Sequence record: MH992122.1 | Strand: one strand, 5' to 3' | DNA: 64,000 nt | Source: Escherichia phage OLB35 | Part shown: piece by piece, positions 43,526 to 53,629 of the stretch | Layout of the letters: each line of letters starts with the position of its first letter | Position numbering within the stretch: the first letter of the stretch is position 1 | The notes under the pieces: generated by a model | Database searches by the model: none | Told to the model about the DNA's origin: nothing | The model's input: only the letters and a program-made list of their open reading frames with translations | Made by a program: the position numbers and the translations under genes

Positions 43526-43935
43526 TACTTTTTCTTATGTTGGATATTCCAAGGCGGGTTGAACTTTTTGATAAAAAGCGGTTCTTCAAGGTCCATTGTT
43601 GCGATGGTCATTGAACCAAGTTCGTTGGTGACTGAAAGGTCAAAACATTGGCGGGCCCAGAATTCAACCTTTTTGCCTTGCATTAAGGCATCCAAAATCA
43701 TAAGTGATTTTCTTGAATCTGAAGTCTGGTCTTTTCGATTTATGGCTGTTCGATAATAGTTAATGCGTTTCTTTAAATTCTTGGTTTTACCAATATACAC
43801 AAGTTCGTCATCTATAGCAATAGCGTATATGACATTTTTCTTATTAGGGGCATCAATGGTTTTAATTGTTGCATCTTCTAATAGCTCCAATTCTATATAT
43901 TTAATAAAGGAATATTCGGCGGCAATATCTTTCAT
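43525..43935 (-). CDS. denA: Endonuclease II (DenA)
   Basis: 136 aa as in T4; GIY-YIG-like segment VYIGKT. Confidence 0.9.
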   Translation of the reverse strand: MKDIAAEYSFIKYIELELLEDATIKTIDAPNKKNVIYAIAIDDELVYIGKTKNLKKRINYYRTAINRKDQTSDSRKSLMILDALMQGKKVEFWARQCFDLSVTNELGSMTIATMDLEEPLFIKKFNPPWNIQHKKK

Positions 43936-43943
43936 AATAAAGT

Positions 43944-43957
43944 GGGACCGAAGTCCC
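43944..43957 (-). terminator. Hairpin GGGAC-UUCG-GUCCC between nrdB and denA
   Basis: 5-bp stem with tetraloop in the 26-nt intergenic gap. Confidence 0.45.
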
Positions 43958-43961
43958 GTCC

Positions 43962-45140
43962 TTAGAAATATTTTTTGTATGAATTGATTACATTTTGGTC
44001 TACATCATTATCAATTTGTGCGACAAGATAAGAACTGATTTCAACTTCCTGAGGAGCTGCTTGAACTAAATCGGAGTTCAGATATTCACGAATCCAAGGA
44101 TAAGGATGTTTGGTCGGAGCATCAGTAATTGGACACGGCAAACCACACTGTTTCATACGAGACACAGTCAAGTAATCAACAAAAGCACACATACTCTGTG
44201 TATTGATACCTGGACATGTACCGTCTTTAAAGAGGTGTGCAGCCCATTCCTTCTCTTGACTATTTACTTCCATAAAAATGTCAACTGCTTCTTGTTCACA
44301 TTCTTTAGCAATTTGAACCCACTCATCGCCATCAGTACCAGATTGAAGTTGACGGATAATGTATTGAGTACCCTTGAGATGGAGTTGTTCGTCACGAGCA
44401 ATGAACTTCATAATCTTTGCATTGCCTTCCATAATTTCCATATTTTTATGGAAGTTGAAAGTACATGCGAAAGATACATAAAAACGAATAGCTTCCAAGG
44501 CGTTGATAACATGCAAACAGAGATAAAGAGACTTCATTAGGTCATGTTTACATTCTTCCATGTGCATAAGACTATTTGAATATGCATCTAAATCATATTC
44601 GTTTTCGGAAAAACACTTAAAAATTTCTTTAGCATTTTCCCATTCACGGGTTTTAATCAGAACGTCATCATAATAACGTCCAATGGATTCAGCTCGTTTC
44701 ATAATAGCTTCATCTAATACAATTTCATCAAATACCTTCGATGGATCGGTATAAAGATTTCGCATAATATGAGTATACGAACGAGAGTGAATAGTTTCAC
44801 TGAATGTCCATGTTGCGACCCATGTATCTAATGAAGGGTCAGAAATAAGTGCCATAAGTACCGCAGATGGGGCCCTGCCTTGGATAGAATCTAATAATGA
44901 TTGATACTTAAGATTGTTTGTAAAGATGTCCTGTTGGAACTGAGGAAGCTTATTGAACTGCGCAGAGTCCAACATCAAGTTTACCTCTTCTGGGCGCCAG
45001 AAAAATGACAAGGATTTTTCTATAAGTTCTTCGAAAACTTTATGACGCTGAATATCATATCGTGCGAGGCCAAGACCAGAACCAAAGAACATCGGTTCAT
45101 TCAAAACATCGACTTGTTGCGTGTTAAAAACTGTACTCAT
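43962..45140 (-). CDS. nrdB: Ribonucleotide reductase small subunit NrdB (uninterrupted)
   Basis: 392 aa continuous ORF (T4 NrdB 388 aa). Confidence 0.95.
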   Translation of the reverse strand: MSTVFNTQQVDVLNEPMFFGSGLGLARYDIQRHKVFEELIEKSLSFFWRPEEVNLMLDSAQFNKLPQFQQDIFTNNLKYQSLLDSIQGRAPSAVLMALISDPSLDTWVATWTFSETIHSRSYTHIMRNLYTDPSKVFDEIVLDEAIMKRAESIGRYYDDVLIKTREWENAKEIFKCFSENEYDLDAYSNSLMHMEECKHDLMKSLYLCLHVINALEAIRFYVSFACTFNFHKNMEIMEGNAKIMKFIARDEQLHLKGTQYIIRQLQSGTDGDEWVQIAKECEQEAVDIFMEVNSQEKEWAAHLFKDGTCPGINTQSMCAFVDYLTVSRMKQCGLPCPITDAPTKHPYPWIREYLNSDLVQAAPQEVEISSYLVAQIDNDVDQNVINSYKKYF

Positions 45141-45194
45141 TATATTTTCTCACTTAGTTATAACTCATCCATGAGTAAATTATAATCAAAAGTC

Positions 45195-47450
45195 TTAAAG
45201 CTTACAAGCAGAACAATCTTCAGCTTTAGGTGTTTCTAATTCATAGTCATCTGTACCTGACCCATCACGAGTGTTATGATAGTAGAGGTTTTTTCCGCCA
45301 AAGTACCAGAAGTAAAGCAGATCGTCAAGCATTACTGACATTGGCACTTTACCTTTCTCAAATACTGCAGGGTCATAGTAAGTATTAGCAGAAGCAGATT
45401 GGCACACCCATTTCAACATGATAGCAACTTGGGTCAAATAAGGTTTATTACCTTTCTTAGCAAGTTTCCACGCATAGTCGTAAAGACTCATGTTATGTTC
45501 GATATTAGGAACAACCTGTCGGAAGTTGCCTTCTTTAGATTCTTTAATACTTACTGGACCGCGTGGTGGCTCTATACCGTTTGTGCTATTTGAGACTTGA
45601 CTGCTTGACTCACAAGGCATGAGTGCAGACAACGTTGAGTTACGAATTCCGTGTTCTTTGAGTTCAGCTCGAAGTTCTTCCCAGTCGCAGACGTAGTTCG
45701 GGGCTGCGATTTGGTCAATCTTTTTATTGTACCAGTCGATAGGTAATTCGCCTCTAGACCATTTAGTGTCTGAATAATACTCACAACGTCCTTTTTCTTT
45801 GGCGAGTTTGATTGATGCTTTGATAAGGCCATATTGCAATCTCTCGAACAATTCATGAGTCAAATCGTTAGCGTCTTCATATGAAGCAAAGTTAGAAGCT
45901 AACCATGCAGCATAGTTCGTCACACCGACACCGAGATTTCGACGTTTTTTAGCTTTTAAAGCTTCTGGGACCGGATAATCTTGATAGTCTAACAGGTTAT
46001 CAAGTGCACGTACTTGTACTTCGGCCAGTTCATTAATTTTATCTTGGTCTTGCCAATCAAATTTATCTAATACAAAAGCGGATAACGTGCATAAACCAAT
46101 TTCAGCATCAGGGCCATTCACATCATTAGTTGGAATAGCGATTTCACAACATAAGTTACTCTGACGAATTGGAGCTTTTTCACGAATAAATGGAGTGTAG
46201 TTATTCGTGTTATCAACAAACTGTGGATAAATTCGAGCAGTACCAGAACGTTCAGTCATGAACAATTCAAAGAGTTCTAGTGCTTTGATTCTTTTCTTTC
46301 TGATTGTTGGGTCTTTTTCAGCTTTCTCATAAAGCTCACGGAATTTATCTTGATCTTCAAAGAACGAGTAATATAGTTCGCCTGACATTTCGTGAGGGCT
46401 AAATAAAGTAATATAATCATTTTTGCCAAGGCGTTCCATCATGAGGTCATTAATCTGAATTCCATAGTCCATATGTCGAATACGGTTTTCATCCACGCCT
46501 TTGTTATTTTTCAGAACTAATAGGTTCTCTACTTCTAAGTGCCACATCGGATAATACGCTGTAGCAGCACCACCACGAATACCGCCTTGAGAACAAGATT
46601 TTACTGCAGTTTGGAAATGCTTCCAGAATGGAATAACACCCGTATGTCGAACTTCACCCATACCGATCTTAGAACCTTCTGCACGAAGCATACCAACGTT
46701 GATACCGATACCAGCTCGTTTAGAAATATATTCAATAATTGATGCCGAAGTTTTGTTAATAGATTTTAACGAATCGCCGGCTTCAATAACTACACAACTA
46801 GAGAACTGGCGAGTTGGAGTACGAGCACCTGCCATAATTGGAGTAGGCAATGAAACTTGATGAGTAGAAACGGCATCATAAAAACGAATAATATGTTTCA
46901 AACGGTCATGAGTTTCGTCTTGATGTAAGGCCATACCGATAGCCATGATAGCAAACTGTGGAGTTTCATAAATCTTCCCAGTTGTTTTATCTTTAACCAG
47001 GTATTTTTCTTTAAGCTGCATAGCACCAGCATAAGTCAGATCAAAATCTCGCTCATGTTTAATCCGAGAATCAAGATAAATGATTTCTTCTGCAGAATAT
47101 CTAGATAACAACTCAGGATCATATTTGCCTTCATTAACACAATACGAGATATGGTCGATAAAAGCAGGAGGTTCAAACTGACCATACACATCTTTACGAA
47201 GTGCAAACATTAATCCTTTAGCGGCAACATATTGATAATCAGGTTCTTCAACAGAAATCGAGTTAGCTGCAACTTTAATACAAATCTTCTGAATATCTTT
47301 GGTGCTCATCCCGTCAACAAGATGGGTCTTAATTTCTTCGTATAATTCATATGGGTCGATTTGTGTTCCTTCACACTGCCAAGTTAAGACTTGAATAATT
47401 TTCTGTGCATCAAAATTTTGGGATACACCACTGCTCTTAGTTACTTGCAT
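45195..47450 (-). CDS. nrdA: Ribonucleotide reductase large subunit NrdA
   Basis: 751 aa (T4 754). Confidence 0.95.
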   Translation of the reverse strand: MQVTKSSGVSQNFDAQKIIQVLTWQCEGTQIDPYELYEEIKTHLVDGMSTKDIQKICIKVAANSISVEEPDYQYVAAKGLMFALRKDVYGQFEPPAFIDHISYCVNEGKYDPELLSRYSAEEIIYLDSRIKHERDFDLTYAGAMQLKEKYLVKDKTTGKIYETPQFAIMAIGMALHQDETHDRLKHIIRFYDAVSTHQVSLPTPIMAGARTPTRQFSSCVVIEAGDSLKSINKTSASIIEYISKRAGIGINVGMLRAEGSKIGMGEVRHTGVIPFWKHFQTAVKSCSQGGIRGGAATAYYPMWHLEVENLLVLKNNKGVDENRIRHMDYGIQINDLMMERLGKNDYITLFSPHEMSGELYYSFFEDQDKFRELYEKAEKDPTIRKKRIKALELFELFMTERSGTARIYPQFVDNTNNYTPFIREKAPIRQSNLCCEIAIPTNDVNGPDAEIGLCTLSAFVLDKFDWQDQDKINELAEVQVRALDNLLDYQDYPVPEALKAKKRRNLGVGVTNYAAWLASNFASYEDANDLTHELFERLQYGLIKASIKLAKEKGRCEYYSDTKWSRGELPIDWYNKKIDQIAAPNYVCDWEELRAELKEHGIRNSTLSALMPCESSSQVSNSTNGIEPPRGPVSIKESKEGNFRQVVPNIEHNMSLYDYAWKLAKKGNKPYLTQVAIMLKWVCQSASANTYYDPAVFEKGKVPMSVMLDDLLYFWYFGGKNLYYHNTRDGSGTDDYELETPKAEDCSACKL

Positions 47451-47537
47451 ATATTCCTCAGTATAGGTTGATAGACATTACTCCAAACGGGATAGTATTT
47501 ATCCCGTTAATTTATTATACACTTTTAAACTGAAGCG

Positions 47538-47792
47538 TTAATTATTCTTAGCAATAATTTCTTTGTATTCTTTAGGTGTCAAGACTGTGATATCGAAATA
47601 AACCAATGGTTCTTTTTCCATACCGTAACCACCACAAAATTCACGATATTCATAAATTCGTTCATGTGAATAACAAATGAATCGTTCACCTTTAACTGTG
47701 ATTTCACTATTCGGTGAAGGGATATCTAGTTCGGTAGGATTTTTCATTTCAAAAATTGTGGTACCATATGAATTAATAAAACGTAAAATCAT
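47538..47792 (-). CDS. Hypothetical protein (nrdA.x-like)
   Basis: 84-aa ORF between td and nrdA. Confidence 0.5.
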   Translation of the reverse strand: MILRFINSYGTTIFEMKNPTELDIPSPNSEITVKGERFICYSHERIYEYREFCGGYGMEKEPLVYFDITVLTPKEYKEIIAKNN

Positions 47793-48653
47793 TTATACCG
47801 CCATTTTAGCTTTGATAGTTGGATGAGATTCGTAATTTTTAAGAACGAAATCAGAATGTGTCATCGTTCCAGTAACCCAGTCCATTTGGATTTTTGTAGG
47901 CCAATTCTCAAAATTACTAGGCCAATTAATTTCAAGAGAACACAACTCTTTAGGTTCACGACGAAGAACTTCTTTGCATTGTTCTACATGATTGCTGTAG
48001 ATATGCGTGTTGCCGCCTGAGAACACTAAATCACCTGGGATAAGGTTACACATCTTCGCTACAATATGCGTCAAGGCAGCGTATGAGGCAATGTTGAACG
48101 GCAGGCCCAAGAAAACATCTACACTGCGTTGATACCATTGTAAATCAAGATGCCCATTACGCACATTGAACTGATAGAACATGTGGCAAGGAGGAAGAGC
48201 CATTTGATTTATTTCGGCCGGATTCCAGGCAGAAACAATTTGACGACGATCAGTTGGTAATTTTTTAATACTGTTGATTGTTTCAACTAATTGGTCCACA
48301 CCACCGAAATCACGCCATTGTTTACCATATATAGGACCAAGTTCGCCGCTATGATATCCAAGGTCTTTTGCCTGATTTTCATAGTTGTCGTCCCAAATAG
48401 TTTTACCTTCAATTAGACTACCATGAGTACGAAGACGTAATTCATTAACATTAGTAGAACCGGACATGAACCACAATAACTCGGCAATACAAGCTTTCCA
48501 TGCTAATTTCTTAGTTGTTACTGCAGGGAATCCTTTAGTCAGGTCCCAACGTAATTTAGTTCCGAACAGAGCAATTGTTCCTGTGCCTGTACGGTCGTCT
48601 GTTTCGTAACCGTTTTCAAGGATATTTTTAATTAAATCTTGGTATTGTTTCAT
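47793..48653 (-). CDS. td: Thymidylate synthase (uninterrupted)
   Basis: 286 aa, the same length as spliced T4 Td; continuous ORF. Confidence 0.95.
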   Translation of the reverse strand: MKQYQDLIKNILENGYETDDRTGTGTIALFGTKLRWDLTKGFPAVTTKKLAWKACIAELLWFMSGSTNVNELRLRTHGSLIEGKTIWDDNYENQAKDLGYHSGELGPIYGKQWRDFGGVDQLVETINSIKKLPTDRRQIVSAWNPAEINQMALPPCHMFYQFNVRNGHLDLQWYQRSVDVFLGLPFNIASYAALTHIVAKMCNLIPGDLVFSGGNTHIYSNHVEQCKEVLRREPKELCSLEINWPSNFENWPTKIQMDWVTGTMTHSDFVLKNYESHPTIKAKMAV

Positions 48654-48666
48654 TTAGCACCTATAA

Positions 48667-49880
<1,214 letters not shown>

Positions 49881-49908
<28 letters not shown>

Positions 49909-50123
49909 TCAGCTTTAAACGATTCAACATCAGAGTGGTAAATCCAGAATCCTGCACTTTCACCATCTTCATAGAGTGGACATCCATCGCATTCATCTTC
50001 CCAACCCATATCGCGTAAAAGATGTTCAGCTTTTTCAACAAGTTCAGCGTCTTTACCGACGATGTTGAAGTACCATTTACCTCTAACTTCAGAATCTTTG
50101 ATGCTCTGGCGTTGCAATCTCAT
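49881..50123 (-). CDS. Hypothetical protein (frd.2-like)
   Basis: 80-aa ORF. Confidence 0.5.
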
Positions 50124-50186
50124 TTTATTCTCCTCTTCACTTTTATTTGATAGGGCTACTATAACATAACCCTATCTTGTTATAAA

Positions 50187-50579
50187 CTACTTTTTAAAAG
50201 TTTTTTGCAAAAGTTTGATGATTTCGTCGACGTTGGTTTCATCTACGATACAATGGATTTTTGTTACACCTAAAGTTATACCTTCGTTAGTAGGTTGAGG
50301 CTTTACTAAATCTACCTCAATAAAGTATTTGAACTCGTCAGGATAAATCTCAAAATAAGTTTCAATTTCACCACCGGCAGAACATACAGTACCATCTTCC
50401 ATAGTTACACTTACTACGTTTGACGTATCGCTATCATAATCAGGTTCCATTCCGTTTACAACAAAACTAGGCCCGTGGAGTTCAATTAATTTTAACATCT
50501 TAGCGTTATTGTGTGGTGCTTCTTGAACAAAGTCGTCTTTAAATAAAGGGTTAATGATATAAGATTTTCCGATTTCCAT
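50187..50579 (-). CDS. Hypothetical protein (frd.3-like)
   Basis: 130-aa ORF preceded by early promoter 50609-50637 and a GAGGA SD. Confidence 0.55.
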   Translation of the reverse strand: MEIGKSYIINPLFKDDFVQEAPHNNAKMLKLIELHGPSFVVNGMEPDYDSDTSNVVSVTMEDGTVCSAGGEIETYFEIYPDEFKYFIEVDLVKPQPTNEGITLGVTKIHCIVDETNVDEIIKLLQKTFKK

Positions 50580-50608
50580 TTTGATTTCCTCATGTTGTTG
50601 ATAAGTCT

Positions 50609-50637
50609 ATACTAACACATCCAGGGAAGAAGTAAAC
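50609..50637 (-). promoter_or_regulatory. Early-type promoter (GTTTAC / TAGTAT) for the frd.3-like unit
   Basis: GTTTAC, 17-nt spacer, TAGTAT, followed by leader with GAGGA SD. Confidence 0.55.
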
Positions 50638-50668
50638 AACTTTTTCGGCAATTTACAGATACTCAAAA

Positions 50669-50686
50669 GGGAGACCGAAGTCTCCC
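50669..50686 (-). terminator. Terminator GGGAGAC-UUCG-GUCUCCC after gene 32
   Basis: Minus-strand hairpin followed by UUUUGAGUAU. Confidence 0.7.
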
Positions 50687-50692
50687 AATTTA

Positions 50693-51592
50693 TTATAGAC
50701 CAGCTAACAGGTCATCAAGGTCGCCATCATCAGAAGACGAGGAACTCATGAAGTCATCTTCAGTTTTTGCAGAACTAAAGGCTTCCATGTCTTTATCAAA
50801 ATCGTCAAGGTCAGAAGCAACTTTATCTGCAACAGAAGCTGCTGCGGCTGCTGCACCACCAAGAGCGGCAGTACCAAGAACCTTAGCGAAAGATTCATTT
50901 AATTTTTCAAAGGATTTGAACTGGTCTTTAGCCGTCAAAGTAGTAAGGTCTACCATCTGGTCGTATAGTTCTTTCTGGAATGCTTCGTCATTAATACGAG
51001 GAATTTCAGATTGACCCAAGAATTTAGATTCGTCATAGTTGCTAAAACCAGAAACCTGCTTAGCTTTCAGAACGAAGTTAGCACCTTCAAACGGACAAGT
51101 AACATCAACTGGAGTTTCACCCATTTCGGTATCAACTGCAATCATTGCATTGATTTTGTCCCAAATCTTTTTACCGAAACGATATTTAAATACTTTACCT
51201 TCGTTATCTGGAGCTTGAGGGTCTTTAACAACCAGAATATTAGCCCAATAAGAAGTTTTACGTTTCAGTTGAGAATATTCAGTTTTGTTGGTATTGTACA
51301 GGTCATTTTTACTAATGTACTGACATACAGGACAAGAGTCGTAATCACCATGTGTAGAAGAGCAATTTTCAATATACCATTTACCATTTTTCTTGAAACC
51401 GTGGTTAACAAGAATTGCAAATGGTAGTGCATCATCAGTTTTTGCTGGCAAGAAACGAATTACCGCTTGACCATTACCTGATGCATCTAGCTTCAGCTTC
51501 CATTCGCCTTTATCTTCTGAAGAGAAACCTTTGTTACCGTTCAGTTTAGCCATTTGAGCAGCGAGGTCAGCAGTAGATTTACGTTTAAACAT
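50693..51592 (-). CDS. 32: Single-stranded DNA-binding protein gp32
   Basis: 299 aa (T4 301); acidic C-terminal tail; structured AU-rich leader upstream. Confidence 0.95.
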   Translation of the reverse strand: MFKRKSTADLAAQMAKLNGNKGFSSEDKGEWKLKLDASGNGQAVIRFLPAKTDDALPFAILVNHGFKKNGKWYIENCSSTHGDYDSCPVCQYISKNDLYNTNKTEYSQLKRKTSYWANILVVKDPQAPDNEGKVFKYRFGKKIWDKINAMIAVDTEMGETPVDVTCPFEGANFVLKAKQVSGFSNYDESKFLGQSEIPRINDEAFQKELYDQMVDLTTLTAKDQFKSFEKLNESFAKVLGTAALGGAAAAAASVADKVASDLDDFDKDMEAFSSAKTEDDFMSSSSSDDGDLDDLLAGL

Positions 51593-51663
51593 GGATTATT
51601 ACCTTTTATTTAGATTATTTAATTTATTTACAGTTGGTTGCTACGACACTTATACCTCGTAGC
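51593..51663 (-). promoter_or_regulatory. Gene 32 mRNA leader: hairpin plus AU-rich (U)UAAA-repeat tract, candidate autogenous translational operator
   Basis: 6-bp stem GCUACG/CGUAGC (51640-51645 with 51658-51663); then about 45 nt of AU-rich leader CUGUAAAUAAAUUAAAUAAUCUAAAUAAAAGGUAAU before the ATG. Confidence 0.55.
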
Positions 51664-51710
51664 TGGTATGATTTATTTATAAAGTAATTTTAACACACAA
51701 GAAATAAAGC

Positions 51711-52364
51711 TTAATACTTACATGATTTGATTGTTTCTATGAACAATTTCTTAGCAGCATTTCCATCGATTTGGAGTATTTTTCGATATGCCTTTAATTT
51801 GGTAGAATAATTTTGCCAGACTAAATTGTCAGTAAGTTCGTCATGCTTATCTATAATATTCAAGAATGAATCCAACAACAAGAAGGTTTCAAATGAAATT
51901 ATATTGCTTTGTAGCAATTTAAATATGTAGCTCGACTGAACTTTATTATTATAATCAAATATCTCTTGAAGCGCACTAACTTCCACTTTCTTACTGAAAT
52001 AGTAGATGTTACGTACATCTTCAGCAAACGTCTCCTTGGCTTGTTTGAGACGTCCAATATATTCCCTATAGAAAACTAATGCATCAGCGTCTGAGATCTC
52101 ACCAATCCATGCATCTTGGTTAGCAACTAAGTTACTGATGAATATCAAAGTGAGTTCCTTTAACTTATATTTCTCTGCTAGTTTCTCAAAGAAATATTTA
52201 TCTCGGCGTTTTTGATACGCATTATCCGAAACACGCATGCACCAGTTATATTTGATTACGTCATACCGACCACCAAAATGGTTTTTGCACATCAAGTATA
52301 GTTTATATACCGATTTTCCGTTAATATAACGTTCTCCATCAGGAGGCATGCGTATTTTAATCAT
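51711..52364 (-). CDS. 59: Helicase loader gp59
   Basis: 217 aa as in T4; close match to recalled T4 gp59 (MIK.RMP..GERYI.GKSVYKLYLM...). Confidence 0.9.
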   Translation of the reverse strand: MIKIRMPPDGERYINGKSVYKLYLMCKNHFGGRYDVIKYNWCMRVSDNAYQKRRDKYFFEKLAEKYKLKELTLIFISNLVANQDAWIGEISDADALVFYREYIGRLKQAKETFAEDVRNIYYFSKKVEVSALQEIFDYNNKVQSSYIFKLLQSNIISFETFLLLDSFLNIIDKHDELTDNLVWQNYSTKLKAYRKILQIDGNAAKKLFIETIKSCKY

Positions 52365-53040
52365 ATTTCCATCCGGGCCATTTTGAAGATTTAAGTCTAT
52401 ATGTAACTAAAGACGCAGAAATATTAAAAACATTTGAAACTTCTTTACACGAGGCGTATTTTATACCATCAATAATTATAGGTTTTTGTTTTTTAATAGT
52501 TCTTTCTTTAGAATGCGGCTTTGAATTTGCTATTCTAAGAGCTTCTTTGGTTGAATCAGGCATCGGCTTATTCGTTTTTCGCCCTTTTCGGACTTTACTC
52601 AAGGCCAATTTGTGAGCTTCAGATAGTTTCTTACCCTTATTAGGTGACGGTATTTTTCTTTCTAGTCTTGTTTTAGATACTTTAGCCTTAGTCTCTTCAG
52701 ATCTAGGTTTACCTAATTTAGAAAGTGAAATAGACCTTTTAGCTTCATCACTTTGTTTTTTACCAGGACCACCTTTACCACCGGGAACTAAGTTATAAGT
52801 ATCATCTCGCAAAACAAAATCTTCGTTAACCAATTCTGCTTCTTTTTTATAGGCGTCCTTGTCATTATCATATTCATAAAGAATTTCGGTATAAAAATTT
52901 TTTAGTCCATATTTAGCTTTGGCCGCTAATATAGCGCGGCCTGATCCAATATACCAATCTTTCTCTTTATGTTTTTTGTGTACGCCTATATAAATTTTAC
53001 CATTTATTTTATTGGTAGTTTTATACACAACGTATTTCAT
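52357..53040 (-). CDS. GIY-YIG homing endonuclease (Seg-like, free-standing)
   Basis: 227 aa; N-terminal GIY-YIG module (GKIYIGV ... WYIGSG ... R ... E ... N) and lysine-rich C-terminal repeats typical of Seg/I-TevI DNA-binding regions. Confidence 0.85.
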   Translation of the reverse strand: MKYVVYKTTNKINGKIYIGVHKKHKEKDWYIGSGRAILAAKAKYGLKNFYTEILYEYDNDKDAYKKEAELVNEDFVLRDDTYNLVPGGKGGPGKKQSDEAKRSISLSKLGKPRSEETKAKVSKTRLERKIPSPNKGKKLSEAHKLALSKVRKGRKTNKPMPDSTKEALRIANSKPHSKERTIKKQKPIIIDGIKYASCKEVSNVFNISASLVTYRLKSSKWPGWKYD

Positions 53041-53375
53041 AATAAGAAATCTAACGTATTAGTTTTTTCACCACGAGCAACTGATGGGCGAAGCATGTTT
53101 TCGTCAATTGCTTCGCTTGTAATTTTTTCAACAATTCCTGTAGGAATAAATTTAGCAAATTGTGTTTCTGGAATAGAATTTTCTTCCAAGAAAGCAGTTG
53201 TTGCTTCTAAATAAGACATACCAAATTGTTCAACCATGGATTCGATAATGAATCCGTTTTCTTGACGGTCAAGCAATTTAGCGATATCATCTTTATCGTG
53301 TTTTACTGCTAATTCTTGTTCAGATAAACCGGTCTCATCAACCGGTTTAATATCACTTAGTGAAAACTGTGTCAT
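53037..53375 (-). CDS. 33: Late transcription accessory protein gp33
   Basis: 112 aa as in T4; position between dsbA and 59. Confidence 0.9.
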   Translation of the reverse strand: MTQFSLSDIKPVDETGLSEQELAVKHDKDDIAKLLDRQENGFIIESMVEQFGMSYLEATTAFLEENSIPETQFAKFIPTGIVEKITSEAIDENMLRPSVARGEKTNTLDFLL

Positions 53376-53622
53376 AAAGCTCGACTACCTCTTCGTTTTC
53401 AGCTTCAAATTGGTCACGAGCATCTTTATGATAAAGAGCTAACAAACGATTAAACATTTTTCCATCGACGCCAAGCTCTTCTTTAGCACGAGTACGAATG
53501 TCTTTAATCAGTTCATTATAACCAGAAATTTTAAGTTTGTTATCGGAAGCTTCCTTGACTAGTTTAGCCAGTTCTTCACCATGCACATCTTGATTAAATT
53601 CAACTGCTTCTTTCTTAGCCAT
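53353..53622 (-). CDS. dsbA: DsbA double-stranded DNA-binding protein
   Basis: 89 aa as in T4. Confidence 0.85.
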   Translation of the reverse strand: MAKKEAVEFNQDVHGEELAKLVKEASDNKLKISGYNELIKDIRTRAKEELGVDGKMFNRLLALYHKDARDQFEAENEEVVELYDTVFTK

Positions 53623-53629
53623 GTTTACC

